The notes beneath the pieces are model-generated. The model saw nothing but the letters and a program-made list of their open reading frames with translations, did no database searches and had not been told where the DNA came from. The position numbers were made by a program, and so were the translations under genes. DNA of 64,000 nt from Candidatus Latescibacterota bacterium (GTDB lineage: Bacteria; Latescibacterota; UBA2968; GCA-2709665): positions 2,816,001-2,880,000 of the forward strand of contig OZ242358.1 of assembly GCA_965208835.1 (NCBI GenBank). Reading direction: 5' to 3'. How positions within the stretch are numbered: position 1 is the stretch's first letter; the number at the start of each line of letters is the position of its first letter. This document shows, piece after piece, positions 18,586 to 28,258 of the stretch.

Positions 18586-19785
18586 TTACACAATCCCACC
18601 GGCCGAATCAATTGAAATTCCACACTTTCTACCCGGGGCAACCACGCCGAGAACGACGGGACCGGACGCTCCCGTCGCGGCTGGAAGATTGCCGGGCCGG
18701 CCCTCCACAGTCGCGTTGGCAAGTACGGCGAAGGCAATCGCTTCCTTGGCATCCCGGGGAACGCCCAGCGCATCGGAATGGCAGATGTCCAAATCCGGAA
18801 GCACAGCGTGCAACATCTTCATCAGAACCGGATTTCGGCCGCCGCCGCCACTGACAGCCAACCGGCGGATTGGACTCACGGGCAGGACAAACCGCTTTAA
18901 CGCATCCGCGATGCTTCGCGCCGTAAACGCGGTCGCGGTGGCGATCAGGTCTTCATCCCGCAGGCGACCGCGCCGGGACAGGATGTCCCGGACCATCGCC
19001 GCACCGAACGCCTCCCTTCCGGTCGACTTTGGCGGCGCCACTCTCAGAAACGGATGGCGCATCATTTCCCCAAGCAATGTATCTGAGACGTCGCCCGAAG
19101 CTGCGATTGAGCCGTCCGCGTCGTACGCCTGGCGTCCTCCCGTTATGTCCTCGGCAAGCGCATCCAGGAGCATGTTTCCCGGACCCGTGTCGAATGCAAG
19201 GACATCGTCAGGCCCGCAACCCGCGGGCAACACGGTAACGTTTGAAATCCCGCCGATATTCAGCAGTACGCGTCCCTCGCGCCTGGACCGGAACAAGAGA
19301 TAATCCACCAGCGGAACGAGCGGCGCACCCTGTCCTCCCGCCGCCAGATCCCGCGCCCGGAAGTCGGCGACCGTGGTGACGCCGGTCCGTTCCGCGATCA
19401 CACACGGGTCGGCGATCTGCAGGGTGGATCGCGTGACCACGCCGAACGCGCTGCAGGCTGCCGGCAGGTGGTGTACGGTCTGTCCGTGCGACCCGATGAG
19501 ATCCACCCCGGACATTGCCGTACCGGCTTCGCGGCACACGTTGAATGCGGCTCTGGCAAACCACTCGCCAAGAACGGCGTGCAGCCTGCATATCCTGTCC
19601 ACCGCACCACATCCGGCTTCCGATATATCGAGAATCTCCCGCCGCAGTTCAGGGGGGTACGGCAAACCCGTAAACGCAATCAGCCGGACCCCGGCTTCCT
19701 CGTCCCCGACTTCGACGAGGGCCGCGTCAACGCCGTCGGCTGACGTACCGGACATCAGCCCGATCACCCTGCGAAACCCACCCAC
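18586..19785 (-). CDS. anmK: Anhydro-N-acetylmuramic acid kinase
   Basis: IGLMSGTSADGVD, GSHGQT, DFRARD.AAGGQGAPLVP, NIGGISN, FDTGPGN, PKSTGRE; GTG start at 19785 after GGAGG. Confidence 0.96.
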   Translation of the reverse strand: MGGFRRVIGLMSGTSADGVDAALVEVGDEEAGVRLIAFTGLPYPPELRREILDISEAGCGAVDRICRLHAVLGEWFARAAFNVCREAGTAMSGVDLIGSHGQTVHHLPAACSAFGVVTRSTLQIADPCVIAERTGVTTVADFRARDLAAGGQGAPLVPLVDYLLFRSRREGRVLLNIGGISNVTVLPAGCGPDDVLAFDTGPGNMLLDALAEDITGGRQAYDADGSIAASGDVSDTLLGEMMRHPFLRVAPPKSTGREAFGAAMVRDILSRRGRLRDEDLIATATAFTARSIADALKRFVLPVSPIRRLAVSGGGGRNPVLMKMLHAVLPDLDICHSDALGVPRDAKEAIAFAVLANATVEGRPGNLPAATGASGPVVLGVVAPGRKCGISIDSAGGIV

Positions 19786-19940
19786 ACAATACCTCCGCCC
19801 TTCGTTTGCGTCGACAAGATCATCCTGCAAGCATCCGCACGTCAGTTCTGCATTCGCGGTTCGGCGCGCGGCCCCGGATCTCCTGGACCGGTCTTGCGGA
19901 TTTCTCAGTTGTGAACTGAGAGTACTTCGATCGACTGGAC

Positions 19941-19963
19941 GGATGCCGTAACGTACGGCATCC
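19941..19963. other. 10-bp hairpin immediately after the GT2 stop codon (no U-tract)
   Basis: GGATGCCGTA-acg-TACGGCATCC. Confidence 0.4.
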
Positions 19964-19965
19964 CG

Positions 19966-21021
19966 TCAACGCGTACCCCCGCCGCAGTACAGGTCCGAGG
20001 CCCTACGTACTCCTCCCAGGAAATACCGGAAGACGATCACGCCGCGGTAGACGTTGCGGAAGACCTCGTGGTCTTCCACCGTGCGCACCCGTTGCGCGTC
20101 TCGGCGTCGACGCAGAATCGACGCGGGATGGAAAACGACCCAGCCAAGGCCGCAAAGCGCCGCCACAGGGTGCTTCCAGTCGCGCTTCACGATCCCAAGC
20201 AGCACGGTGCACAGTTCCAACAGGACCCGGATCGGGAACACCCATGCCAGAGAGCCCGCGGACAGGTTCTTCAGCACCATCACCAGTTGATTCCTATGGT
20301 TCAGATACGCCTTCCGGAAAGCCCGGGCATCGAGGGACCAGCCTCCATAATGATAGACCACCGACTCAGGGACGGAAACCGCCCTGTATCCCACAAGATG
20401 GAACCGCCAGCACAGGTCGATTTCCTCCATGTGCATATAAAACCCTTCATCCATGAGACCGGTTTCCCGCAAGCACTTCATCCGCAGGAACATCGCCCCC
20501 CCAACCGCCCAGAAGATATCGTGCGAACGATCATACTGCCCGCGATCCTCCTCTACCGTTTCAAACAGCCGGCCCAGACAGAAAGTATACCCCAGCATGT
20601 CCATCATCCCCCCCGCGGCGCCTCCGTAATCGAATTGCGCGCGATCACGAAGTGACCTCACTTTTGGCTGGCACACACCCACCTGCGGGTCAGCCTCCAT
20701 TGCAGCCAGAAGAGGCGCCAGCCAGCCTTCGGCGACTTCGACGTCGTTATTCAGCAACATCGCGAATTCACCGCGGGCCGCCTCGAGGCCCCTGTTACAC
20801 CCCGCGCCCATCCCTTTGCCACCCCCGACGCTCACAACCCGGATGCCGGGAAACCGAGCCAGCGCTTTTTGCAGGCTTCCGTCGTCGTACGGCCTGTCGT
20901 CGGCGACAATTACCTCGAAAGACGCGCCGCTTGTTCTCGCATAGAGCAAGTCCAGGCACGTCAGGAGAACATCCCCCAGGAAATGCGGCACGATCACAGA
21001 CACCCGGGGTCTATCGGCCAT
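19966..21021 (-). CDS. Glycosyltransferase family 2
   Basis: VSVIVP, LLNNDVEV, FDYGGAAGG, HMEEIDLCWR, VYHYGG. Confidence 0.9.
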   Translation of the reverse strand: MADRPRVSVIVPHFLGDVLLTCLDLLYARTSGASFEVIVADDRPYDDGSLQKALARFPGIRVVSVGGGKGMGAGCNRGLEAARGEFAMLLNNDVEVAEGWLAPLLAAMEADPQVGVCQPKVRSLRDRAQFDYGGAAGGMMDMLGYTFCLGRLFETVEEDRGQYDRSHDIFWAVGGAMFLRMKCLRETGLMDEGFYMHMEEIDLCWRFHLVGYRAVSVPESVVYHYGGWSLDARAFRKAYLNHRNQLVMVLKNLSAGSLAWVFPIRVLLELCTVLLGIVKRDWKHPVAALCGLGWVVFHPASILRRRRDAQRVRTVEDHEVFRNVYRGVIVFRYFLGGVRRASDLYCGGGTR

Positions 21022-23476
21022 CTGTCGCCTCTTGTCGCCTGACCCTCTGCCGTAACGTTTCCAATGCCCGCGCGACCTCGCGGTCTCCCGGTGTCAGCCG
21101 CAGGAGGTACTCCAGATCGGCGGCGGCGCCAGCGAAATCTCCGATGCGTTCCCGTGATGCCGCCCGATTGAACAGCGCCCGTTCGACCTGCAAGTTGGCT
21201 TCAATCATCCTGCCGTAAAGCTCTATTGCCGCGTCGTATCGGCCGATCTGCATCTGCAGTTCCGCCGCAGTACCCAGACGCGTTTCTTCGTCGATCAGGT
21301 CCGAATCCAGCACGCTTTTCAACAGTCGCTGGGTTTCCTCAGGCCGATCCAATCGATGCATCAACGCCGCCATCAACACGGTACCCTGCCAATGCTCCGG
21401 CGGAAGCGCGTGTTTCTCACAGAACCTCAAAACCTCGTACGCGCCATCCCGGTCACCCTCTTCATCCAGCACTTCCGCGAGGTGCAGGAATACGGCCGGG
21501 TAATTGGCCAACAGGTTTCGAGCCGTCCGGTTACGATGCACCCCGGGGTCCGAGACGCCCCGGTACTGATAGAGGTCCATCAGGTGTTTTCTGGTATTTT
21601 GTACGTGAACCGGCGACGCCTTCCGTCGCAGTAGACGGAATACCATACCCTCCATCTCAAGGTATTCCCCCAGGCCCATCCTGTTGCCATCCGGTACGGT
21701 CAACGCGAAATAAACCGGCCTTGCCCACTCGTTCCAATCCACGATCTTCAAAACCATGACATCCTGTACGCGAAGCACCATGCCCGGCATTCCCCGGACC
21801 GTCCACTTCAATCCTGCCGCCTGCACCTCCCTGGCTTCCGGCCAGAGTCGACCGGATTGTATCACCGCCGTCTGCGTGTGTGCCGTCAATACCTGATCGA
21901 TGTAATCATCTGTATATCTGACGGGTACTTTCGGATCCAGATCCCTCAACTGCTTGATATACCAAGCCGTATTCAGGAGGCTCAGGTTAACGACACGCAC
22001 ATCCTTTCGGAGGCCCATCACCTCCTGCTGGTACCAGAGCGGGAAACTGTCGTTATCCGCGTTGGTAAACAGGATCGCGTCGGGGTCGCAGGAATTCAGA
22101 ATATTCGCCGCATAGTCGAACGCGAACCTGTTGCCGGTTCGGTCATGCGTGGGATAGAGGCTTGCGGCCAACGCCCCCGGCATTGCGAACAGGAGGCAGG
22201 CGGCGGCAATTGCCGCACCCCTGCCACGCAGGTTGTACGCCCCTCGCACGACCGCCGACGCCGCAATGCCCATCCACACGCAGAACAACGCAAAGGAGCC
22301 CACGAATACGTAGTCACGTTCCCTGGGCTGCGGGTCCTCCATATTGAGATATATCGATAGCCCGATGCCCGAAAGCACAAAAAGCGCGGCAATTGACCAG
22401 AAACGACGGGCGTCCCGTCGCCAGTGTTCCCAGATTCCCCAGCAGCCCAGGAAATAGGGTACGACTGAAATGCGCACCAATTGTACGTCTTGCGAAGTGG
22501 CCTGCCGAAAGGCATCTGAAACGAACCCGATACCCGGCACCGGAAACTGCGCGATGAAGTACTTGATATACATCGTCCAGATCTGGAAATCCCAGAATGG
22601 CGCCTTTCTGTCGAATACACCCAGCAACATACTCTCCGCACCGTACTGTTCCCGTCCCAGGAACCTTATGAAATTTGCCCACGTTTCCGGATTGTTCTCG
22701 TCGATCATGGGATTCAGGCCCGACCGGATGTAGAGTGAGGCGTAAGTCGAGTATCCGGCAACGAAAAGGAGCGCCCCGTACGCCCAGACCCGAGGGTCCC
22801 TCAGTATCCCCGGCTTCGTGAACCAGACCAGCATCAGCAACGTGGGAACGGTCAACAGACAAAGCAGGTGAACGCCGCCCGCCAGGCCCATCAGATAGGC
22901 CACAAAAAACAGGACTCGGTGGCTGTCCTCGTTTTCGGCCCTTGCCATCCACCGCATCCCCAGCCAGAGGGACATCGCCATCAGCATCGTCGAGAATCCG
23001 TACACCTCTGTTTCCACGGCATTGTACCAGAACGTATCCGAAAACGCAAGCATCAGGGCGGCCACGGCACCCCCGACAACGCTCGATACAGGGCTGATGT
23101 CTTTCTCACCGGCAACCCGACACAGCCTGACCAGGCGCACCGTTACCAGATAGACGAACAGCACCGCCAGCGCGCTCGTTATCGCTGAGATGAGGTTCAT
23201 GAGGAACCCGGGGTCTTCCCCGACCGGCAATATCGTAAAGAGACGTCCGATCAGAAGGTAGAGCGGCGCGCCCGGCGGGTGCGGAATACCCAACGTGAAC
23301 GCGCACGCAATAAACTCACCGGAGTCCCAGAACGAGACGGTCGGCGCGGCCGTTTTGACAAATACCGCCAGCGATATCAAAAATACGACCAGGGCGCCAA
23401 CGCGGACCGGATCCCATCCGTTTACGGAAGCGTTTCCAGCAGGTCTGCCTGCGTGTGAATCGCCTGATCGTTTCAT
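21011..23476 (-). CDS. DUF2723 / TMEM260-like polytopic membrane glycosyltransferase with C-terminal TPRs
   Basis: PTVSFWDSGEF, HPPGAPLY, FWYNAVETEVY, QPRERDY, DNDSFPLWY.QEV, VNLSLLN..WYI; TPR-like helical tail. Confidence 0.85.
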   Translation of the reverse strand: MKRSGDSHAGRPAGNASVNGWDPVRVGALVVFLISLAVFVKTAAPTVSFWDSGEFIACAFTLGIPHPPGAPLYLLIGRLFTILPVGEDPGFLMNLISAITSALAVLFVYLVTVRLVRLCRVAGEKDISPVSSVVGGAVAALMLAFSDTFWYNAVETEVYGFSTMLMAMSLWLGMRWMARAENEDSHRVLFFVAYLMGLAGGVHLLCLLTVPTLLMLVWFTKPGILRDPRVWAYGALLFVAGYSTYASLYIRSGLNPMIDENNPETWANFIRFLGREQYGAESMLLGVFDRKAPFWDFQIWTMYIKYFIAQFPVPGIGFVSDAFRQATSQDVQLVRISVVPYFLGCWGIWEHWRRDARRFWSIAALFVLSGIGLSIYLNMEDPQPRERDYVFVGSFALFCVWMGIAASAVVRGAYNLRGRGAAIAAACLLFAMPGALAASLYPTHDRTGNRFAFDYAANILNSCDPDAILFTNADNDSFPLWYQQEVMGLRKDVRVVNLSLLNTAWYIKQLRDLDPKVPVRYTDDYIDQVLTAHTQTAVIQSGRLWPEAREVQAAGLKWTVRGMPGMVLRVQDVMVLKIVDWNEWARPVYFALTVPDGNRMGLGEYLEMEGMVFRLLRRKASPVHVQNTRKHLMDLYQYRGVSDPGVHRNRTARNLLANYPAVFLHLAEVLDEEGDRDGAYEVLRFCEKHALPPEHWQGTVLMAALMHRLDRPEETQRLLKSVLDSDLIDEETRLGTAAELQMQIGRYDAAIELYGRMIEANLQVERALFNRAASRERIGDFAGAAADLEYLLRLTPGDREVARALETLRQRVRRQEATDGR

Positions 23477-23670
23477 GCTTTGTCGCCCTGGTTACACATT
23501 CTTCGAATCCTGGTGTCGGTAGAGGTCTAACGAACTGACCAACAGACATCCACGCAATCAGAATTTGTCAGCCCACCGGCTGAAAACTGCGGTTGATCCG
23601 TTGATGCGGATCCGGCGCCCACCTTCTTTCGGACCTGTTCCACGGACGAATCTGGCGATGGTGGCGTTTT

Positions 23671-25176
23671 TCAGACGCCCCTGGGCTGCGACGGTTCAAT
23701 GGAATCGGGGGAAGCCTCATCTCCACTTTTCCTGGGACCGGATTGCCTCGACCCGTCGCTCGCGTTATGGTTCATCGCAGGTCCGATAGCGCGTGTCCGC
23801 CCGGTTTCAGACGATTCAATGACACGCATCGACTTCCACTTTCCGCCCCGGAAGCGCAGCATGAATATCAATCCGCCCGTAACAAGATAGAGGCTGACGA
23901 AAACCCACGCGATGTACAGGCCCATACCGTATATCACAACCAACAGGTAAGTTGGCAGGACCATAACGAACCAGCCGAGGGCTACGGACGTCAGCATGAC
24001 GAACCGTGTGTCTCCGGCACCCTTCACACCGGCTGAAAAGACGATATAGAGCGCATCGAAGATACAATAGACCGCAACGAACCGCAGCAGGACGACGGTC
24101 ATATCCCAGACCTGTTCGAACGCCTCGGGATCGGCGCCGGAAATATACGGCTTTAAAAAGAGGCCCGGAGCGAACACGTACCCGGCGGCCATCACCAGCA
24201 TATACGCCAGGCTGAGATGTACTGCCGACCATGTGCTGCGCTCGGCCAGGTCCGCCCTGTTCTTTCCCAGGTATTGACCTACAAGCGTCGAAACCGCGAT
24301 ACCCATCCCCATCATCGGAAGGAACGCGAGTGTATTGATGTTGAACGTCACACTCGTTGCCGCCAGCGCCGTGGTACCCAATCTCCCAACCAGGAGAATG
24401 AACATGGAAAAGCCCAGTATCTCCAACATGAACTGAACGCCGTTCGGCAGGCCGAAACGTAACAGCCGACGCAGAAGGGCCGCCTCCGGACGCCATCCGC
24501 TCAGGGTGCACAGGGTGTCGCGGTATCTGGGGCGCATCATCAGTGCGAAGAACACGACGGGGATCAGGAGATGGGATACCACCGTGGCCCAGGCGGCGCC
24601 GCGAATGCCCCATTCCGGGAACCCCCAGTGGCCAAAAATCCACGCATAGTCCAGAACGATATTCAGCCCGTTCGCGAGGAAATTCACCCACATGACCGTC
24701 CGTGTATCACCCCGTCCGCTAAAGAACGAGGAGACCGCCACGCCGGTAATACCCGGTCCCATAAAGCACAGAATCCGGAAATACTCCGCCTCCAGCGCGC
24801 GTATTCGCGGTTCGTGCCCGGCCCATTCGAAGAAGCTCCGCGAAAACGGGATCAGGCACAGGATGATCAGGCCCGAGGCCAATCCGACATATATCCCCTG
24901 CCACACCGCGGGTCCTACCCGATCCCGCCGGTCCGCCCCCCAATACTGGGCGACGAATGTATTCACGTACGCAACCGTACCGATAAACAGGCTTGAGAAC
25001 GTGAAATGCAACATTCCTGCCGGGAGGCATGCCGCGAGTGCGTCCCGGCTGTGCCAGCTCAGGAACACCCTGTCCACGAAGATCTGCAGGCTCCAGGACC
25101 CCGTGCTCAGAATGAGCGGGGCCGCCATCCGCAAGACCTCCCTGTAGCCACCCGGTTCCTGCCACCGAGAGTTCAT
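23671..25176 (-). CDS. MATE family efflux transporter
   Basis: About 12 TM helices; FFSGRGDT, NIVLDYAWIFG, GIRGAAWAT, LVGQYLG, GAGDTR. Confidence 0.9.
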   Translation of the reverse strand: MNSRWQEPGGYREVLRMAAPLILSTGSWSLQIFVDRVFLSWHSRDALAACLPAGMLHFTFSSLFIGTVAYVNTFVAQYWGADRRDRVGPAVWQGIYVGLASGLIILCLIPFSRSFFEWAGHEPRIRALEAEYFRILCFMGPGITGVAVSSFFSGRGDTRTVMWVNFLANGLNIVLDYAWIFGHWGFPEWGIRGAAWATVVSHLLIPVVFFALMMRPRYRDTLCTLSGWRPEAALLRRLLRFGLPNGVQFMLEILGFSMFILLVGRLGTTALAATSVTFNINTLAFLPMMGMGIAVSTLVGQYLGKNRADLAERSTWSAVHLSLAYMLVMAAGYVFAPGLFLKPYISGADPEAFEQVWDMTVVLLRFVAVYCIFDALYIVFSAGVKGAGDTRFVMLTSVALGWFVMVLPTYLLVVIYGMGLYIAWVFVSLYLVTGGLIFMLRFRGGKWKSMRVIESSETGRTRAIGPAMNHNASDGSRQSGPRKSGDEASPDSIEPSQPRGV

Positions 25177-25412
25177 GGACACCTCACCGGGCCCGGACCC
25201 GGATTCGCGCGACAATTCCCGACGACCGCCTGACCTTCATCCTGCGGCGTGAAGATGCCGCAAAGACGCAATGATCGTTGGCGACATCGGAAGGTTGCGT
25301 CGACGGTTGCGGCATCTGAGCCATTTTTCTCTTGTCCGGCAATGGCGCGGTTGGTAGATTCGCTGGCCGTACGGGATCGCCAGACGGGAAATTTCACATC
25401 CGGGGCCGAAAC

Positions 25413-26786
25413 ATGATATATGACGTCGTCGTTATTGGAGGAGGCAGCGCGGGCTACGCCGCCGCCCGCGTCGCCGCGGACAGCGGAGCACGTGTCGCCA
25501 TTATCGACAGGGGCCCACTCGGGGGCCTGTGCATCCTGCGAGGCTGCATGCCATCCAAGACGCTGCTGCGCAGTTCGGATCTGTTCTCGCTGATGAAACG
25601 GGCCAAAGAGTTCGGCCTGAATGCCGGGGATGTATCCCCTGACCTGGCCGCGGTCAATGACAGGAAACGCGCACTCGTTGACGAATTCGCGGAATACAGA
25701 GTCCAGCAGCTGCGCAGCCCGAGATTCACGCTGATACCAGGCCAGGCCCGTTTCGAATCGCCGAACTCGGTTTGCGTCGGAACGGAACAGGTCTCAGGAC
25801 GGCGCTTCGTCATTGCCGTGGGTTCCGTTGTGAGCAGGATTCCCGTACCCGGCCTCGAGGAAACGGGCTATCTCACGAGCGACGACGTTCTGGAACTGCG
25901 GGAACTCCCCGAGTCCGTGATCGTACTCGGTGGCGGCGCCGTTGCCGCCGAACTGGGCCAGTTTCTATGCCGGATGGGTGCGCGGACCACCCTGATACAA
26001 AGGAACCGCCAAATTCTCAGCGGCTTCGACGCGGACATGGCCCTGCCCGTGGAAACCCGCCTGAGAGAAGAAGGGATGAAGGTGTACACGGACACCCGAC
26101 TCCAGCGCGTCAGCCAAAGAGGGGGTAGCGCCACCGTCCGCTTTCTGCAAGGCAATAAATCCCGTACGGTTACAGCCGACGTCGTCTTCAACGCTTTGGG
26201 CCGAACGCCGGACCTCGCAGGTCTGGCTCTCGAACGCGCCGGCGTTGAAGTCCGCGAAGGAAGAATCAAAGCTGACGAACGGATGCAGACCAGCGCGGGA
26301 CATATCTTCGCCGCCGGTGACTGCGTGGGACCGTACGAAATCGTACACATTGCCGTCCTTCAGGGTGAGATCGCCGGCCACAACGCCGGCGGTGGCAAGC
26401 CGGAGAAGACGATCGACTATCGGTTGCGTACGTCGGTTGTGTTCACCGACCCTCAGGTCGCGTCTGTGGGACCTACCGAGCGGGAATGCCGGGAACACCG
26501 CATCGCGTATCGTTCGGCCGTATATCCGTTCAGCGATCACGGCAAATCCATGGTTATGGGGGAAACTCACGGCGCCGTAAAGATTCTGTGCCATCCGGAA
26601 AGCGGCGAACTTATCGCTGGACATATCACGGGCCCTGACGCTTCGGAACTCATCCATGAACTCGCCGCGGTAATCTACTTCCGGGGTACTGTCTTCGACC
26701 TCCTTCGGATTCCTCACTATCACCCCACTCTCGCCGAGATCATCACCTATCCTGCCGAGGAACTTGCAGAAGTCCTGGCCCAATGA
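25413..26786 (+). CDS. Class I pyridine nucleotide-disulfide oxidoreductase (Lpd/MerA-like)
   Basis: IGGGSAG, GGLCILRGCMPSK, GGGAVAAE, FAAGD, HPTLAE. Confidence 0.9.
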   Translation: MIYDVVVIGGGSAGYAAARVAADSGARVAIIDRGPLGGLCILRGCMPSKTLLRSSDLFSLMKRAKEFGLNAGDVSPDLAAVNDRKRALVDEFAEYRVQQLRSPRFTLIPGQARFESPNSVCVGTEQVSGRRFVIAVGSVVSRIPVPGLEETGYLTSDDVLELRELPESVIVLGGGAVAAELGQFLCRMGARTTLIQRNRQILSGFDADMALPVETRLREEGMKVYTDTRLQRVSQRGGSATVRFLQGNKSRTVTADVVFNALGRTPDLAGLALERAGVEVREGRIKADERMQTSAGHIFAAGDCVGPYEIVHIAVLQGEIAGHNAGGGKPEKTIDYRLRTSVVFTDPQVASVGPTERECREHRIAYRSAVYPFSDHGKSMVMGETHGAVKILCHPESGELIAGHITGPDASELIHELAAVIYFRGTVFDLLRIPHYHPTLAEIITYPAEELAEVLAQ

Positions 26787-26809
26787 ATGCACACAACGGA
26801 AAAAATCCC

Positions 26810-28168
26810 TCAACCGGAACGCGGGCGTCCCCCTTCGCCAAGCCGGTGTACGAAGTAAACGGTGGGCGGCACGAACAGGAGGGCGATCCAGAACATGGGC
26901 CGATATGAGATCCACGCCACCAGCAGACCGGCCAGGACCGGCAGAAACCCTTGTGGCAGCGCAAACATGTTCAGAAAGCTGGTATACGTGGGTCGGCGGT
27001 TTTCCGGCGCAAGTTCGAGCACGTATGCCATGCGGCCGTTGAACATCGCGCTGCTCGCAAACCCCGAAAGGACAAACGTCAGCGCGTAGAAGGCGACGTG
27101 CGGATCGAATGCCCAGTCGATGCCCCAATTCGAAAGCGGCGCGAAGGACAGTGACGGCACGTACCTGGCCAACAGCGGAATAGCGACCGACAACGCCATC
27201 AGGTAGGACCCGTACACCAGGAGCGAACGGTTGCCTTTCCGATGACCGACGTGGGCCCAGAGCGCGTTTGACAACACGGTACTGACCTGCATCACTGAAA
27301 CAAAGACCCCCACATAGACCAGCCCGAACCCCAGGTCGGTAATCGCGTAAGGCACATAGAACGGCGCTCCCATCATCATAAACGACCAAAGGACCTGCAT
27401 CCCGCACAATCGACGGTAGTCGGGATCGTTCTTCAGAAGGCGAAACCCGGTATTCAGGTAGTTGGAAAGCGGCTGCCGGAGATACCGCACCGGACCCACC
27501 GGTTCCCGGATTCTGCTGAATACGAAAACCGAAAGCGCGTTTCCCAGTCCGGCCAGCAGGAACAGCGACGCGTAGTTCGACGGAAATGCAATCCCGCTGC
27601 GGTCGCTGAGTACGAAGGTAATCACCCCGCCCGCCGCCATGGCCGTAATGCCGCCGCACAGCCGCCGTACCGCAAACAGGCGCGACCGTTCCCTTGGCGG
27701 GACGACCTTTCCCACGATGTCCATCCACGGAACGTTCCATATGCCCATCATGGAAGTGGAAATCGCGTATAGAACCAGAAAGCAGCACAAAAAATAAAAG
27801 GACTGACGACCTCCCATCAGGTACGTCAGTCCCGCGATCACCAGCCAGACGGTACTGCGCATCCCGCCCGCCAGAAGCAGGAAGGGCATTTTTCGTCTTC
27901 TGCCTTCGACAATACGGGAGATGAATATCTGAGGCCACGCCCAACCGATACGCATCAGCGCGCCGACCAGTCCGACCGCGACGCTCGACGCCGTCAGCGA
28001 TTGTACGAAGGCCGGAAGCAGCATATCCGAACTGGCCAGGGTCATCGACATGAAGACGAGACCGCCGTTCAGAATCAAGAGCCGCCTGTTCCGGCGTACT
28101 TCCGCCGGATCCGGTTCGTCCGGATCGGCCTGTACCCGCCTCCTGTGCGCAGTTGAAAACTCTCTCAT
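26810..28168 (-). CDS. MFS transporter
   Basis: About 12 hydrophobic segments; WMDIVGKVVPPRERSRLF, YVLELAPENRRPTY. Confidence 0.85.
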   Translation of the reverse strand: MREFSTAHRRRVQADPDEPDPAEVRRNRRLLILNGGLVFMSMTLASSDMLLPAFVQSLTASSVAVGLVGALMRIGWAWPQIFISRIVEGRRRKMPFLLLAGGMRSTVWLVIAGLTYLMGGRQSFYFLCCFLVLYAISTSMMGIWNVPWMDIVGKVVPPRERSRLFAVRRLCGGITAMAAGGVITFVLSDRSGIAFPSNYASLFLLAGLGNALSVFVFSRIREPVGPVRYLRQPLSNYLNTGFRLLKNDPDYRRLCGMQVLWSFMMMGAPFYVPYAITDLGFGLVYVGVFVSVMQVSTVLSNALWAHVGHRKGNRSLLVYGSYLMALSVAIPLLARYVPSLSFAPLSNWGIDWAFDPHVAFYALTFVLSGFASSAMFNGRMAYVLELAPENRRPTYTSFLNMFALPQGFLPVLAGLLVAWISYRPMFWIALLFVPPTVYFVHRLGEGGRPRSG

Positions 28169-28258
28169 GCCAAACTCTTCCGTCCGCTTACCGCGCAGAG
28201 AGCCGGGCAGGTCCCGCTCGTCGGGCGTTCCACCATCGTCAGGGCACGTCGGGGCGTC

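Noticed and set aside
25413-26786. Mercuric reductase (merA) call
   Set aside because: No C-terminal Cys-Cys pair, no metal-binding N-domain and no mer operon
25965-27944. 659-aa minus-strand ORF
   Set aside because: Alternative frame overlapping the MFS and reductase genes; Arg/Gly-rich with no motifs, typical of high-GC shadow ORFs
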